From Breznakibacter sp. (GTDB taxonomy: Bacteria; Bacteroidota; Bacteroidia; Bacteroidales; Marinilabiliaceae): 58,685 nucleotides of DNA. Positions 8,730-18,157 of this stretch are shown here, one piece after another (position 1 is the stretch's first letter; each line of letters starts with the position of its first letter). The stretch covers positions 1 to 58,685 of the forward strand of contig JAGPHP010000001.1 in the NCBI GenBank assembly GCA_018055415.1, written 5' to 3'. Position numbers and translations under genes: made by a program. Under the pieces are notes generated by a model, which was not told the DNA's origin, ran no database searches, and saw only the letters and a program-made list of their open reading frames with translations.

Positions 8730-9587
8730 TTAAACTCCCTGTTTTGAACCAAAAATATCAATATGCAAACGCGGTGAAAAGCGCCATCCATTTCGTATCA
8801 CCATATCAAGTGCAACCGCCTGAGCTTGATGCATTAACGCACTATTTCCACCTAATGGCATTATTAGAATATCGGCTGGCTCAACGGTTGGTAACTGCCC
8901 TAAAATGGCCTTAATCTCCGCCTCATCACTAGCGGATGCCACCACAAATTTGAGTTGAATATCTTTTCCATGCAGATATGAGTATGCAATGATATCACGA
9001 AGTTGATCAACTTGCAATCGTGTTTTTTCATGCATCTTAAAAACCCCACGACTCTCTAAACCTAAGGTAATCAGCTTGTCGGCAGTAGGATTTGAATTAC
9101 TCAATTTTGGAGAAACACTCACTAAATCGATGGTTGATAAAACCCCCTCCGACATAATCGTACCATTGGTTTCTACCGTTATATGTACCCCAAAACGACT
9201 TTTTAAACGCACACAAAGCTCCTTTAAGCTAGGCTCTTGCATCATTGGTTCACCTCCCGAAATAACCACATGTTTTATCTCGCCAAGGTTATGACCAATA
9301 ACTGATAAAATATCGGTTATGTTTACCGAGGTGCTATGATCTATATGAAATGAGGCATGTGGAGTATCGCACGGAGAGATATCGCCGTTTGCACTACGCC
9401 AAACACAACGCAAATTACAGCCGGCCAAACGAATAAAAAGTGAGGCTACTCCCGCTAACTTTCCTTCACCTTGGATGGTACCAGAATAGGGCATTCCCGT
9501 ATTCGGGGTCTCTTTTAGGAGCTTTCCATCTTTATCGCGTGTAATAGGAAAAATGCCCTCCTCCGATAAAATTAATCTAATATCCAT
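8730..9587 (-). CDS. queE: 7-carboxy-7-deazaguanine synthase (radical SAM)
   Basis: TIQGEG...FIRLAGCNLRC N-terminus, located between queC and queF. The cysteine spacing is unusual (see findings). Confidence 0.85.
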   Translation of the reverse strand: MDIRLILSEEGIFPITRDKDGKLLKETPNTGMPYSGTIQGEGKLAGVASLFIRLAGCNLRCVWRSANGDISPCDTPHASFHIDHSTSVNITDILSVIGHNLGEIKHVVISGGEPMMQEPSLKELCVRLKSRFGVHITVETNGTIMSEGVLSTIDLVSVSPKLSNSNPTADKLITLGLESRGVFKMHEKTRLQVDQLRDIIAYSYLHGKDIQLKFVVASASDEAEIKAILGQLPTVEPADILIMPLGGNSALMHQAQAVALDMVIRNGWRFSPRLHIDIFGSKQGV

Positions 9588-9590
9588 TGG

Positions 9591-10256
9591 TTATAACGAT
9601 TTGTCGATGTAACCCGCCTCTTTAAAGGCTTTTGCTCTTAATAAGCAGCTATCGCACACGCCGCAAGGCTTTTCGCCCCCTTTATAACAACTCCAAGTAT
9701 GCTCAAATGGAACACCAAGCTTCACACCAAGTGTAATCTCCTCGGCTTTAGTCATATTCACAAAAGGGGTATGTATTTTGATTTTTTTGCCCAACTCTTC
9801 GCTCAAAACAGTACCCTTGTTAATGGCAATCTCCATAGCATCGATAAATGATTTGCGGCAATCTACATAACCAGAATAATCAACCTGACTCACGCCAATA
9901 AAGATATCTTGACATTGAAGCGCCTCGGCATACGATGCAGCCACACTTAAAAAGACCATATTACGGGCTGGCACGTATGTTACTGGCACATCAGTGCGGT
10001 TTACATCACCCGCCTCTACCTCCATCGACTTATCGGTAAGCGAGGAACCGCCCCAACTATCGAGTTTTAGCGTAATCACTTGATGCTCTTTTACGCCTGC
10101 CTTTTGAGCCAATACGCGAGCTCGCTCAAGCTCAACATTATGTCGTTGTCCATAGTCAAACGACAAGGCATAAACCTCATAACCCTCGCTCTTTGCTAAA
10201 TAGAGCGCTACCGCAGAATCTAATCCGCCCGAAACCAAAACAACTGCTTTCTTCAT
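9591..10256 (-). CDS. queC: 7-cyano-7-deazaguanine synthase
   Basis: PP-loop [14 protein letters not shown] at the chosen ATG (10254-10256) and a C-terminal Zn motif ([10 protein letters not shown]). The track ORF (to 10346) adds 30 hydrophobic residues from a TTG codon, which is unlikely to be real. Confidence 0.9.
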   Translation of the reverse strand: MKKAVVLVSGGLDSAVALYLAKSEGYEVYALSFDYGQRHNVELERARVLAQKAGVKEHQVITLKLDSWGGSSLTDKSMEVEAGDVNRTDVPVTYVPARNMVFLSVAASYAEALQCQDIFIGVSQVDYSGYVDCRKSFIDAMEIAINKGTVLSEELGKKIKIHTPFVNMTKAEEITLGVKLGVPFEHTWSCYKGGEKPCGVCDSCLLRAKAFKEAGYIDKSL

Positions 10257-10349
10257 AAAATAATAGGTTGCTAAACCAAATAAGTAATGGAAGCCCCCAC
10301 TAAAATATATGCGCAAAATAACACCCTTGTGGTAAGGATGGCGCAAATA

Positions 10350-10389
10350 CCTTAGTTTTGTTTTAAGACAGGAGGCTTTCGAACTGTCT
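10350..10389 (-). promoter_or_regulatory. Candidate preQ1-I-like riboswitch aptamer in the queCEF leader
   Basis: The minus-strand RNA reads AGACAG-UUCGAAAGCCUC-CUGUCU-UAAAACAAAACUAAGG: a 6-bp hairpin followed by an A-rich ...ACUAAGG tail with no U tract. It lies 93 nt upstream of the queC ATG. Confidence 0.4.
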
Positions 10390-10408
10390 ATATCTTTTTA
10401 AATCAGCG

Positions 10409-10416
10409 CAAAAGTA
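10409..10416 (-). promoter_or_regulatory. Possible Bacteroidota -7 box (TACTTTTG) for queCEF
   Basis: Matches TAnnTTTG and sits 19 nt upstream of the candidate aptamer. I did not see a clear -33 TTG. Confidence 0.3.
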
Positions 10417-13400
10417 CTATTTTTTCTCCTCTTCCTCCTCGCGCTCATTCTCTTTTTTAATCTTCTTATCAATTTTACCATCGCCATCGGTATCGTAGCC
10501 TTCAGGTTTCCCATCGCCATCAGTATCAATCTCAATCTGGTCATCATCAGTTTGCTCTACCACAGCCTCTTTTACCTTTATCTTTTTCAAGAAGGCATCC
10601 TTCTTATTTTGAGGAGCCAAGATAAAGGAGTAGGATTTCTCACCAATACCCGCTTTAAGTTTACGATCGTCTGTCTTGGTAGTCTGTACTAAGGAGTTAT
10701 ACTCACTATTTGATGAGTAAGTCATCATTAGCCCGTTTCGATAGCTAAAGTAGTACCAAGTATTTTCATCAATACCTATATAAATATCGAAGAAATTACC
10801 GGCTCTTGAACGAGTAAATTGAGCTTTCACATCAACTTGCCTATTAATTGGATATCCTTGTATAAAAGAGAGATCAAATGTTCCATCTGCAATAAAGCTC
10901 TTTTTAGGCGTATTCCATGTCAAATCAATATTACCAAAATTCAACATATAATTAGCTTCAATAGGCATATCTTTATAAAGATCAAAGGTACTTCTCTTGG
11001 CATTAATCTTAACAGCCTGACTCTTTCCTACCCACTCGGCAATGCGTTTAGTAAATGTTTCGGCCGATAATTTAGACTCTTTACCTTGAGCCTTTGCGAT
11101 ATCATTTACCATTAATGTAACTAATGGTTCGGTTAGATAAAAATCAACCCCTAACATCGAAGACATAAAGACTTTATCATTTTTCCTATTATCGATGATA
11201 GTTCCCGATGATCGAGTTTTTACTCTGTCGAATTCAATACCAATATTAAAATCCCCCTCACCTCTTACATCACCTGTTTTACTACTAAACTCCATGTAAA
11301 CACCTGTAGTATCGGGATTGGCAATTTTAGCCTCCGAGGTAATACCAAAACCACCTGTTGCTTTATTATAGAAGAGACTACCCTTTGCTGTTAGCATTGG
11401 AATATCGCTATAATTACTTCGACCTTCAATAAATGAGGAGTAGATATGTATAGAATCCTTTGTCATGAATATATCCCTAAACACACTCTCTTTCTCAAAA
11501 CTTTGTGGAGATTCGGCTATTGGAATCATAATATTCTTAGGATCAACCTCAGCATTAAAGAGTAAGAACGAGCGCGGACCTTGAGGATAATTATGAATCA
11601 TCTGCACACCACCATCGTAGCTTAAATCTTTCAAATTAGATGTAAACTTAACATCACCTTTATAACTAAAATGCGAATCGAGTGGCAATAGAGCCGTTGG
11701 TGGAATAGTTCCGTAACCGATAGTATGAATCTCTTTGTCAACACCAATAATGCCTAAATCGATAGGAATAACTTTATCATCTCCATTAACAAAATCAAAC
11801 ACGCCCGAACCTGAATAAGCATATTTGCCTAATATTTTAACTTTTGCATTGTAGATCTTATGATGATATAGAGTATCTCTCATCTCAATACGCACACTAT
11901 CAAGAGGATCCATGTCGGCATTTTCACGAATTCGGACAACCCCACTTGGTATATACACCGTTGCATCTGCCACATTAATACTCTTAACATCAACGGCTTC
12001 TATTAATTTAGCACCTAAGTCGTAACGTGCCAACGGAGCCAAGAATTCAAGCGAATCTTGTTTGCGATGTACCGATACAAAACGGTTTCCTTTCGATCCT
12101 TTTGCTCCAAGGAAAATATAATTCTTATCCATGTTCCAAGAGAACTCACGGATAAATGAAATATATTTATTATCTGTAAAATCTACACGACTACCACCAA
12201 CTAAAGAAGTAAATTGACCCATTCGTTTCTCAAAATCTATATCGGCAATAAGGTCGGTTGTGGCAAAAGAGATGTTTTGTAAATCAGCACCCATCATCTT
12301 AAAATCAGCCGAATCTGAGTGAATGGTATGATCTCCAAAAGACATCTTTTCGGCCTCTAGCGTTGAACTTGGCAACATCATTTTCCCTCCACCTACGGCA
12401 CCCGAAGAAGAAAGAGTTAAATGTCCCTCCAACAACCCCTCTCTATTGAACATCTCAAAACTATTCTCTTGACTTTTAGCAATCAACTGATCTTCATAAG
12501 GCAAGAAATCAATTGTATTATATTTTCCCTTAGCATCAGGAAACTCAACTCCTTTGGCGCGCTTTTCAACTTCAAATGTTTGCGTTAAACCATAAGTGCG
12601 TTCGGGCAAGAATACAAAACGTTCTGAATTGCTCGTTGATGTTTGATAGGTAAGCTTACCTTTACCCAAAAATCCTTCGTTACTCAAATCAATATCACTA
12701 TAATACTTTGCCCTATTGCCGTAAATAGGAAACCCTTCTGCCGGCGTTGTTCTGACAAACCCAAGCGAATAATCTTTTCTAACGACCAACTTCTCCTCAA
12801 ATTCCGGAAAAATATTGGAGGTAAAAGAACCTTTAAACGAGAAGTTATTGCGCGTAAGCATATTAATACTATCCAATTGAAACGTATCGAGTTTAAAGTA
12901 GAATTTATCACGCTTATAGGCTCCATCCTGAATAAACTTCTTATCATAATAGACGTACGACTCCTTAGTACTCGTTAAAATAGGATAGTTTCCATAACGC
13001 TTAGTTCCCGACTTGTTATCCTTCTTATCAATACGTAAAACACCTGAGAGCTTAGCAATTGAGTTTTGAATATTTTTGAGTTCTGGTCTTCCATAATAAT
13101 CGGCACCACCTGATAAAACCTTCATTCTCAAAGAGTCAATATTGGTAAGATTTATCTTAAAATCATCGTAATCAAACTCAAAACCATCACCAAAAAGGTT
13201 TAGCATACCTGCATTAATGGTTCCTCCAAAGACAAAATTTCTGTTTCGTTTGAGGATGATTTTCTCCTCTTGTGGAAAAAAAACAATATTTTGATGATCG
13301 CAAATACTAATAGAACTAACCCCATTCAAACTTAAATCGTAATTATAAAGATTTAGAACCGCATTAGAGACTGTTGGAGCAGTAACAGAGTTAAATTTTA

Positions 13401-14997
13401 TAACATCGTAATCCTTCTTTCCAGTTCTAAAAAGAAGATAATCGCTTAATCGATCTTTCACCTCAATAACATCTGTCTCTGCATTATAACCCACAAAACC
13501 GTTGAAAGAGAGTAATATAATTTGCTGACGAATCTGATTTACAGGAAGTTTCATAAAGTAAGCGTACTCTTCAACCGTGAACGGTAAATCGCCATAAAAG
13601 GCCGAGCATTTTTTTAGCCCTTGAAGTGGATGCTCGCGATCTAAACCTTGCAGCTGATCAAAATACTCCTCTCGATAATAACTTAATGACTCAAAAAACG
13701 CCTGATTTTGAGCAGCACCTGTTATCCCGCGCAAATTCATAAAGGGTTCAGATATTCGCCAGTGTATAACCTCAACATCTAACGATACATTATGAAATTT
13801 ATCAAAATATGGACAAAGCGCTAACCCTTCACCGTCACGAATAAGCTCTACCTCGCGCTTAACATCATTGTATTTAAATATCAAACCAGGATGATAGACA
13901 TTGGTCTCTGCCAAAAAAATCCGCACCTCTGCGTCACTACTCTGTATCAGATCTTTACGCAGTGAAAAATATTTGCTCTTTGCTTCAACAAAACAGGTGT
14001 CATTTCGAAAAATTCGAATCATCGCAGGAGAAGCTCCACTACCCGAACCTAAGACCTTAGCACCATGTTGACTAAACCCACCCTCGTAATCCACATTCTT
14101 AAAGATATCTTTGAGAACATAGCGCAAATCATAGGAGGTAAATTGTGGATAAATAGCGCCATCTGGCGAACTAATGTGGAGCACTTTATGAGAAAGTTTT
14201 CCTTTAAGTGAGTAGTCGAAATATTTACGATTTACAAACTCAACCGAATCGAGTTCAAAATGCGATTTGGTCAGATCTAACTGATACGCTTTAAACGTTG
14301 CATTCACATCGCTTGCACTGTAGCCACAAGCCTCCCAAGTAATTCGCCCCTGCTTACCTCTCCAAATATTAGTGATCATATTTAACTCACCTTGCGTGTC
14401 AAAAATGGTAATACTATCGCCATTTAACGCAACGCAACTCAACTGCATCTTGCCAAAAACAACCTTAAATGGGGTATCTTTATCATATTCGAAACGGAAA
14501 TCCTTAGACGTTCCATTCCACTTAATTGCGGAGGTTGAAAAAACAATATTCTTATATAGAATTTCTTGGGTTGTTTGAAAAAGATCATTGATAACTCGCA
14601 ATGAAGTTTTGCTGTTTGATATAAGATCTTTAATTGCATTATTCCAGTTTGCCCAACTATCGCCCACGTGTCCCTTTTCGCTAAAAGCCATAAGAGTTTC
14701 AAAATAGTTTACATAATCAGGGAAAACCTTGGCACGACGTTTTGAAAGAGCATTCACCACCCCAATCATCATTTGACGCTGAGAAACTGGCACATAAGGA
14801 TCTTCCCAAAAAGGATTAAAACTCTTTTGAAATTCTGATACCGTCTTTTTATCAGCTTGCTGGCTCATAATACTATCCAACTGATGCTGAAATCGTTGCG
14901 GATCATCTGAAAATATAAAAGGAGGCGCTAACTGTGCAAATGTGCGAGTTAAGGCAAAAAACGATAAGGCAATTAGTAACAGATATCGCTTCCTCAT
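10417..14997 (-). CDS. Very large secreted protein of unknown function with C-terminal DxDGDG calcium-binding-type repeats
   Basis: 1526-aa uninterrupted ORF with a signal peptide (MRKRYLLLIALSFFALTRTFAQ). The C-terminus reads DTDGDGKPEGYDTDGDGKIDKK followed by an E/K-rich tail. It starts 12 nt after the prmA stop. Confidence 0.85.
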   Translation of the reverse strand: MRKRYLLLIALSFFALTRTFAQLAPPFIFSDDPQRFQHQLDSIMSQQADKKTVSEFQKSFNPFWEDPYVPVSQRQMMIGVVNALSKRRAKVFPDYVNYFETLMAFSEKGHVGDSWANWNNAIKDLISNSKTSLRVINDLFQTTQEILYKNIVFSTSAIKWNGTSKDFRFEYDKDTPFKVVFGKMQLSCVALNGDSITIFDTQGELNMITNIWRGKQGRITWEACGYSASDVNATFKAYQLDLTKSHFELDSVEFVNRKYFDYSLKGKLSHKVLHISSPDGAIYPQFTSYDLRYVLKDIFKNVDYEGGFSQHGAKVLGSGSGASPAMIRIFRNDTCFVEAKSKYFSLRKDLIQSSDAEVRIFLAETNVYHPGLIFKYNDVKREVELIRDGEGLALCPYFDKFHNVSLDVEVIHWRISEPFMNLRGITGAAQNQAFFESLSYYREEYFDQLQGLDREHPLQGLKKCSAFYGDLPFTVEEYAYFMKLPVNQIRQQIILLSFNGFVGYNAETDVIEVKDRLSDYLLFRTGKKDYDVIKFNSVTAPTVSNAVLNLYNYDLSLNGVSSISICDHQNIVFFPQEEKIILKRNRNFVFGGTINAGMLNLFGDGFEFDYDDFKINLTNIDSLRMKVLSGGADYYGRPELKNIQNSIAKLSGVLRIDKKDNKSGTKRYGNYPILTSTKESYVYYDKKFIQDGAYKRDKFYFKLDTFQLDSINMLTRNNFSFKGSFTSNIFPEFEEKLVVRKDYSLGFVRTTPAEGFPIYGNRAKYYSDIDLSNEGFLGKGKLTYQTSTSNSERFVFLPERTYGLTQTFEVEKRAKGVEFPDAKGKYNTIDFLPYEDQLIAKSQENSFEMFNREGLLEGHLTLSSSGAVGGGKMMLPSSTLEAEKMSFGDHTIHSDSADFKMMGADLQNISFATTDLIADIDFEKRMGQFTSLVGGSRVDFTDNKYISFIREFSWNMDKNYIFLGAKGSKGNRFVSVHRKQDSLEFLAPLARYDLGAKLIEAVDVKSINVADATVYIPSGVVRIRENADMDPLDSVRIEMRDTLYHHKIYNAKVKILGKYAYSGSGVFDFVNGDDKVIPIDLGIIGVDKEIHTIGYGTIPPTALLPLDSHFSYKGDVKFTSNLKDLSYDGGVQMIHNYPQGPRSFLLFNAEVDPKNIMIPIAESPQSFEKESVFRDIFMTKDSIHIYSSFIEGRSNYSDIPMLTAKGSLFYNKATGGFGITSEAKIANPDTTGVYMEFSSKTGDVRGEGDFNIGIEFDRVKTRSSGTIIDNRKNDKVFMSSMLGVDFYLTEPLVTLMVNDIAKAQGKESKLSAETFTKRIAEWVGKSQAVKINAKRSTFDLYKDMPIEANYMLNFGNIDLTWNTPKKSFIADGTFDLSFIQGYPINRQVDVKAQFTRSRAGNFFDIYIGIDENTWYYFSYRNGLMMTYSSNSEYNSLVQTTKTDDRKLKAGIGEKSYSFILAPQNKKDAFLKKIKVKEAVVEQTDDDQIEIDTDGDGKPEGYDTDGDGKIDKKIKKENEREEEEEKK

Positions 14998-15009
14998 ATA
15001 TTTTAGATT

Positions 15010-15849
15010 TTAAACTTTAGTAAATTGTGCAGCGCACCAATTATTGTCCAATTCACTCCTCTGAAACTGATAACCCTGCTGTCCAGCTTCCTCTTTAATC
15101 ATTGGTAAATCCGACTCATAAAAGCCACTCATAATAATAGTTCCACCACTCTTAGTAACTTTTGAATAGTGCTTTATATCTTCTAACAAAATATTTCTAT
15201 TAATATTGGCTAATACTAAATCATACATCTTATCGCCTAAAAGTGATGCATCACCCTGCTTAACACTCATCGTTGATACACCGTTAAGCTCCATATTCTC
15301 TAAGGTATTAAAATAAGCCCACTCATCAATATCGATTCCAAAAACCGATTTTGCGCCAAGCTTTGCGGCCAAAATACCAAGTATTCCTGAGCCACAACCC
15401 ATATCCAAAATATCTAAATCTTTACAATCGATACCTAATAGATATTTCATCACAAGTCCAGTTGTTTCGTGATGCCCTGTGCCAAAACTCATCTTTGGCT
15501 CAATAAATATCTCATATTTAGCTTGAGGAACATCCTTATGATGCGGACTTCTAACAATACACTGATCGCCAATTTGAATTGGTTGAAAATAGTTTTTCTC
15601 CCAAACTTCATTCCAATTCTGATCAGGAATCTCCTCTTTTTCAACAGTAAATTCAAACTCTTCGTGCAGGGTAATAGTTAACTCAGTTAATCGCTCCTCA
15701 CTAAAATCTTTCTTAGGAACATAGGCTTCTAAACCTGATTCAACTTCAAGGAAACTTTCAAATCCAATCTCCCCCAACTGAGCCATCAAAATCTCTCTTA
15801 TCTCTTCGTTATGAGGCGTGATGGTGTATGATAACTTAATATAATCCAT
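15010..15849 (-). CDS. prmA: Ribosomal protein L11 methyltransferase
   Basis: FGTGHHETT and DMGCGSGILG SAM-methyltransferase motifs; 279 aa. Confidence 0.9.
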   Translation of the reverse strand: MDYIKLSYTITPHNEEIREILMAQLGEIGFESFLEVESGLEAYVPKKDFSEERLTELTITLHEEFEFTVEKEEIPDQNWNEVWEKNYFQPIQIGDQCIVRSPHHKDVPQAKYEIFIEPKMSFGTGHHETTGLVMKYLLGIDCKDLDILDMGCGSGILGILAAKLGAKSVFGIDIDEWAYFNTLENMELNGVSTMSVKQGDASLLGDKMYDLVLANINRNILLEDIKHYSKVTKSGGTIIMSGFYESDLPMIKEEAGQQGYQFQRSELDNNWCAAQFTKV

Positions 15850-15932
15850 TTTTAATATGTTTGTAATTTGTCATGAGTTGGTAAATTTATAAAAATATAC
15901 GGAGAGGTTAGCCAAAATTTGCTATTTATAAA

Positions 15933-15969
15933 CAAAAAAGAGAGAAGCATTAACTACCTCTCTCTTTTT
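15933..15969 (-). terminator. Intrinsic terminator after menE
   Basis: agagaga/tctctct stem with a 13-nt loop, followed by a T run on the minus strand. Confidence 0.5.
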
Positions 15970-16056
15970 AACCAACTTAAAACTAACCAATAAATGAATG
16001 AACTAGCTATTTATACATCTCAAACAAAAAAAATGTTTCACAAATTATTAAAATTT

Positions 16057-17136
16057 TTACGTCAATTTCTCAACAAGAGTTTGAAGCTTTAATCTATCAA
16101 GTTTTCCAGATATTAGTAGTGGTATCTCATCGACACAAAAACTCTTTATGATGCGTTTATACTTTGGTAATTTCTCATTGAGTTTATAAAGCTCTTCGGG
16201 TTCAATATTTTTTGTTGATACGATAACAACTCTCTGCCCAAGTCGCTCATCATTTACCCAACTAATGGCGAATGGCGATGATATAAAAGGGGAAATAATT
16301 TGCTCAAGCTCCTCGGGTGAGACCTTCACGCCTCCACTATTTATCACATTATCAACCCTGCCAACAATTCTAAAAGTTCCATCGTTTTCAATGCAGGCAA
16401 TATCGTTTGTTTGTATGGGCTCATCCAGTGTTAATGGATCAAAGATCATTAAGGCGCCCCTATCATCAACCCCAATTTTAACCCCATCAAGCGGTCTAAA
16501 TGTAAACTCCTTCTCTACCCCATTTATCCTGCGCAAAGCGATGTGCGAGAGAGTTTCGGTCATCCCATAACTCTCATAAGCCTCAACAGTGCAATCTGCC
16601 AAAATATTTTCTATAGATTTTGACACTGCAGCCCCTCCTACAATTAGTTTTCCAATCAATTGAAGTTTCTCATGATGGTTCGAATATTTTGAGAGTTGCA
16701 TTGGTACAAGTGTAGCAAAATCTACAGGCTCAGTTAATGTATCGAAAGGCGTGGAAGAGGGCTCCACTAAAATCAAATTCAAATGCCCCTCAATAGCTCT
16801 AACAATCATCATCTGCCCAGCAATATACTCTGCCGAAAGTGCCAAAAGTGCTTTAGATGATGGCGCTAATTGAAAAAACTTTACCGTTCGCTGTGCAGAT
16901 TTTCGCATTCGATCTTTTGGGACAGTTATAACTTTGGGGACACCTGTGGAACCAGAGGTCTTTAGATCAATAGTGTCAGACTCATCAAACCAACGCTGTA
17001 TAAAATGCCAAAAATGAATTTGATAAAGAGGCATATCTCCAGACTCAAAAGAGTTGGCACGCTCAACAAGCTCAATTCTACTATAAAAAACGTTATCTAC
17101 CCCTAGAATTACCCTGTCCTGCATCACAATTTGCAT
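16057..17136 (-). CDS. menE: O-succinylbenzoate-CoA ligase (short AMP-binding enzyme)
   Basis: AMP-binding motif TSGSTGVPK. It overlaps menC by 13 nt within the men cluster. Confidence 0.75.
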   Translation of the reverse strand: MQIVMQDRVILGVDNVFYSRIELVERANSFESGDMPLYQIHFWHFIQRWFDESDTIDLKTSGSTGVPKVITVPKDRMRKSAQRTVKFFQLAPSSKALLALSAEYIAGQMMIVRAIEGHLNLILVEPSSTPFDTLTEPVDFATLVPMQLSKYSNHHEKLQLIGKLIVGGAAVSKSIENILADCTVEAYESYGMTETLSHIALRRINGVEKEFTFRPLDGVKIGVDDRGALMIFDPLTLDEPIQTNDIACIENDGTFRIVGRVDNVINSGGVKVSPEELEQIISPFISSPFAISWVNDERLGQRVVIVSTKNIEPEELYKLNEKLPKYKRIIKSFCVDEIPLLISGKLDRLKLQTLVEKLT

Positions 17137-18155
17137 TTATGATATAACTGATCGCCCTTTATATAGAGAGGCGATTCAAAATTATTAGAAAAGAGTTTTC
17201 CTGTACCCAAACCTTGCGGCATATCAACTCCTTTTGTAAAACACCATTGCGATATGGCATTTAGTCCAATATTGCTCTCTAGGGCACTCGTTATCCAATA
17301 ATCGATGTCTAAACTTTGAGCAATATCAATCCACTCGTTACTAGCCTTAAATCCACCAACAAGCGAAGGTTTTAAGATGATATAGTGAGGTTTGATATGG
17401 TTTAGCATCTCGCGTTGCACCACTGAGTTGGTTATACCAATAAGCTCCTCATCTAACGCGATTTTAATAGGAGATGATGAGCAAAGTTTGGCCATCTCTT
17501 GCCACTGCCCCTGTTTTATGGGTTGTTCAATGGAGTGAATATCATATTTCGAAAACTGCTCTAACCGTTCAAATGCATTCATGGGCTCAAAGGCTCCATT
17601 AGCATCGAGGCGAATCTCCAACTGCGATGCTTTAAACTCGTTTCTAATCTGTTTTAAAAGATCTAACTCATCCGTTAACTTATTAGCCCCAATCTTTAGC
17701 TTTAAACATCCAAATCCATCGGCAATTTTCTCTTTTATTTGAGAAATCATGTAGGAAATATCGCCCATCCATATAAGACCATTTATTGTTATGGAAGCCT
17801 CTTCCGAAGTAAACTTTGAAGGAAAATAGATCTGGTTACCACCATTTTGAAGATCCAATAAAGCCATTTCAAAACCAAATCGGATGGCTGGATAATTGAT
17901 TAAGACAGTATCTAAATAGGCTCTTATTTGGTTAATATGCCTGCACACAAAATCCACCATCTCTTCGAGTTCGTCCACGGCATCGATACTTAACTTATTG
18001 ATAACCGACACCTCTCCAATACCCTTAATTTTGGGGTTTAAATCATCAAAAACCTCAATAATATAACTATCCTTGTATGTCAATACACCCCTCGAAGTTC
18101 CCCCTGGTGTTATAAATTCCGAGACATGTTTTTTGTACGATGCAGTTAAACTCAT
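17124..18155 (-). CDS. menC: o-Succinylbenzoate synthase (enolase superfamily)
   Basis: LKLKIG, RLDANG, IEQP and DEE motif pattern. It lies between menA and menE. Confidence 0.8.
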   Translation of the reverse strand: MSLTASYKKHVSEFITPGGTSRGVLTYKDSYIIEVFDDLNPKIKGIGEVSVINKLSIDAVDELEEMVDFVCRHINQIRAYLDTVLINYPAIRFGFEMALLDLQNGGNQIYFPSKFTSEEASITINGLIWMGDISYMISQIKEKIADGFGCLKLKIGANKLTDELDLLKQIRNEFKASQLEIRLDANGAFEPMNAFERLEQFSKYDIHSIEQPIKQGQWQEMAKLCSSSPIKIALDEELIGITNSVVQREMLNHIKPHYIILKPSLVGGFKASNEWIDIAQSLDIDYWITSALESNIGLNAISQWCFTKGVDMPQGLGTGKLFSNNFESPLYIKGDQLYHKCKL

Positions 18156-18157
18156 TC

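Noticed and set aside
7833-10256. queC/queE/queF as part of a 7-deazaguanine DNA-modification (Dpd-like) system
   Set aside because: There is no TGT/DpdA-like transglycosylase, helicase or restriction component nearby. The presence of QueF (preQ0 to preQ1) points to ordinary tRNA queuosine synthesis.
10257-10346. 30-residue N-terminal extension of QueC from a TTG just after an AAGG
   Set aside because: The extension ([30 protein letters not shown]) is hydrophobic and unlike QueC. The PP-loop start [14 protein letters not shown] at ATG 10256 is the canonical N-terminus. The region is better explained as leader RNA.
12643-12978. Antisense and overlapping ORFs inside large genes (for example 12643-12978 +, 12684-12947 -, 8579-8914 +, 26685-27023 +, 55336-55650 -)
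   Set aside because: All lie within, and mostly antisense to, long ORFs with clear protein signatures. Their translations are low-complexity with no motifs and no promoter boxes or terminators of their own.
16057-17136. Short (359-aa) MenE as a truncated pseudogene
   Set aside because: The ORF is intact, retains the AMP-binding SGSTGxPK motif and overlaps menC in an operon arrangement. A compact MenE form is more likely than decay.
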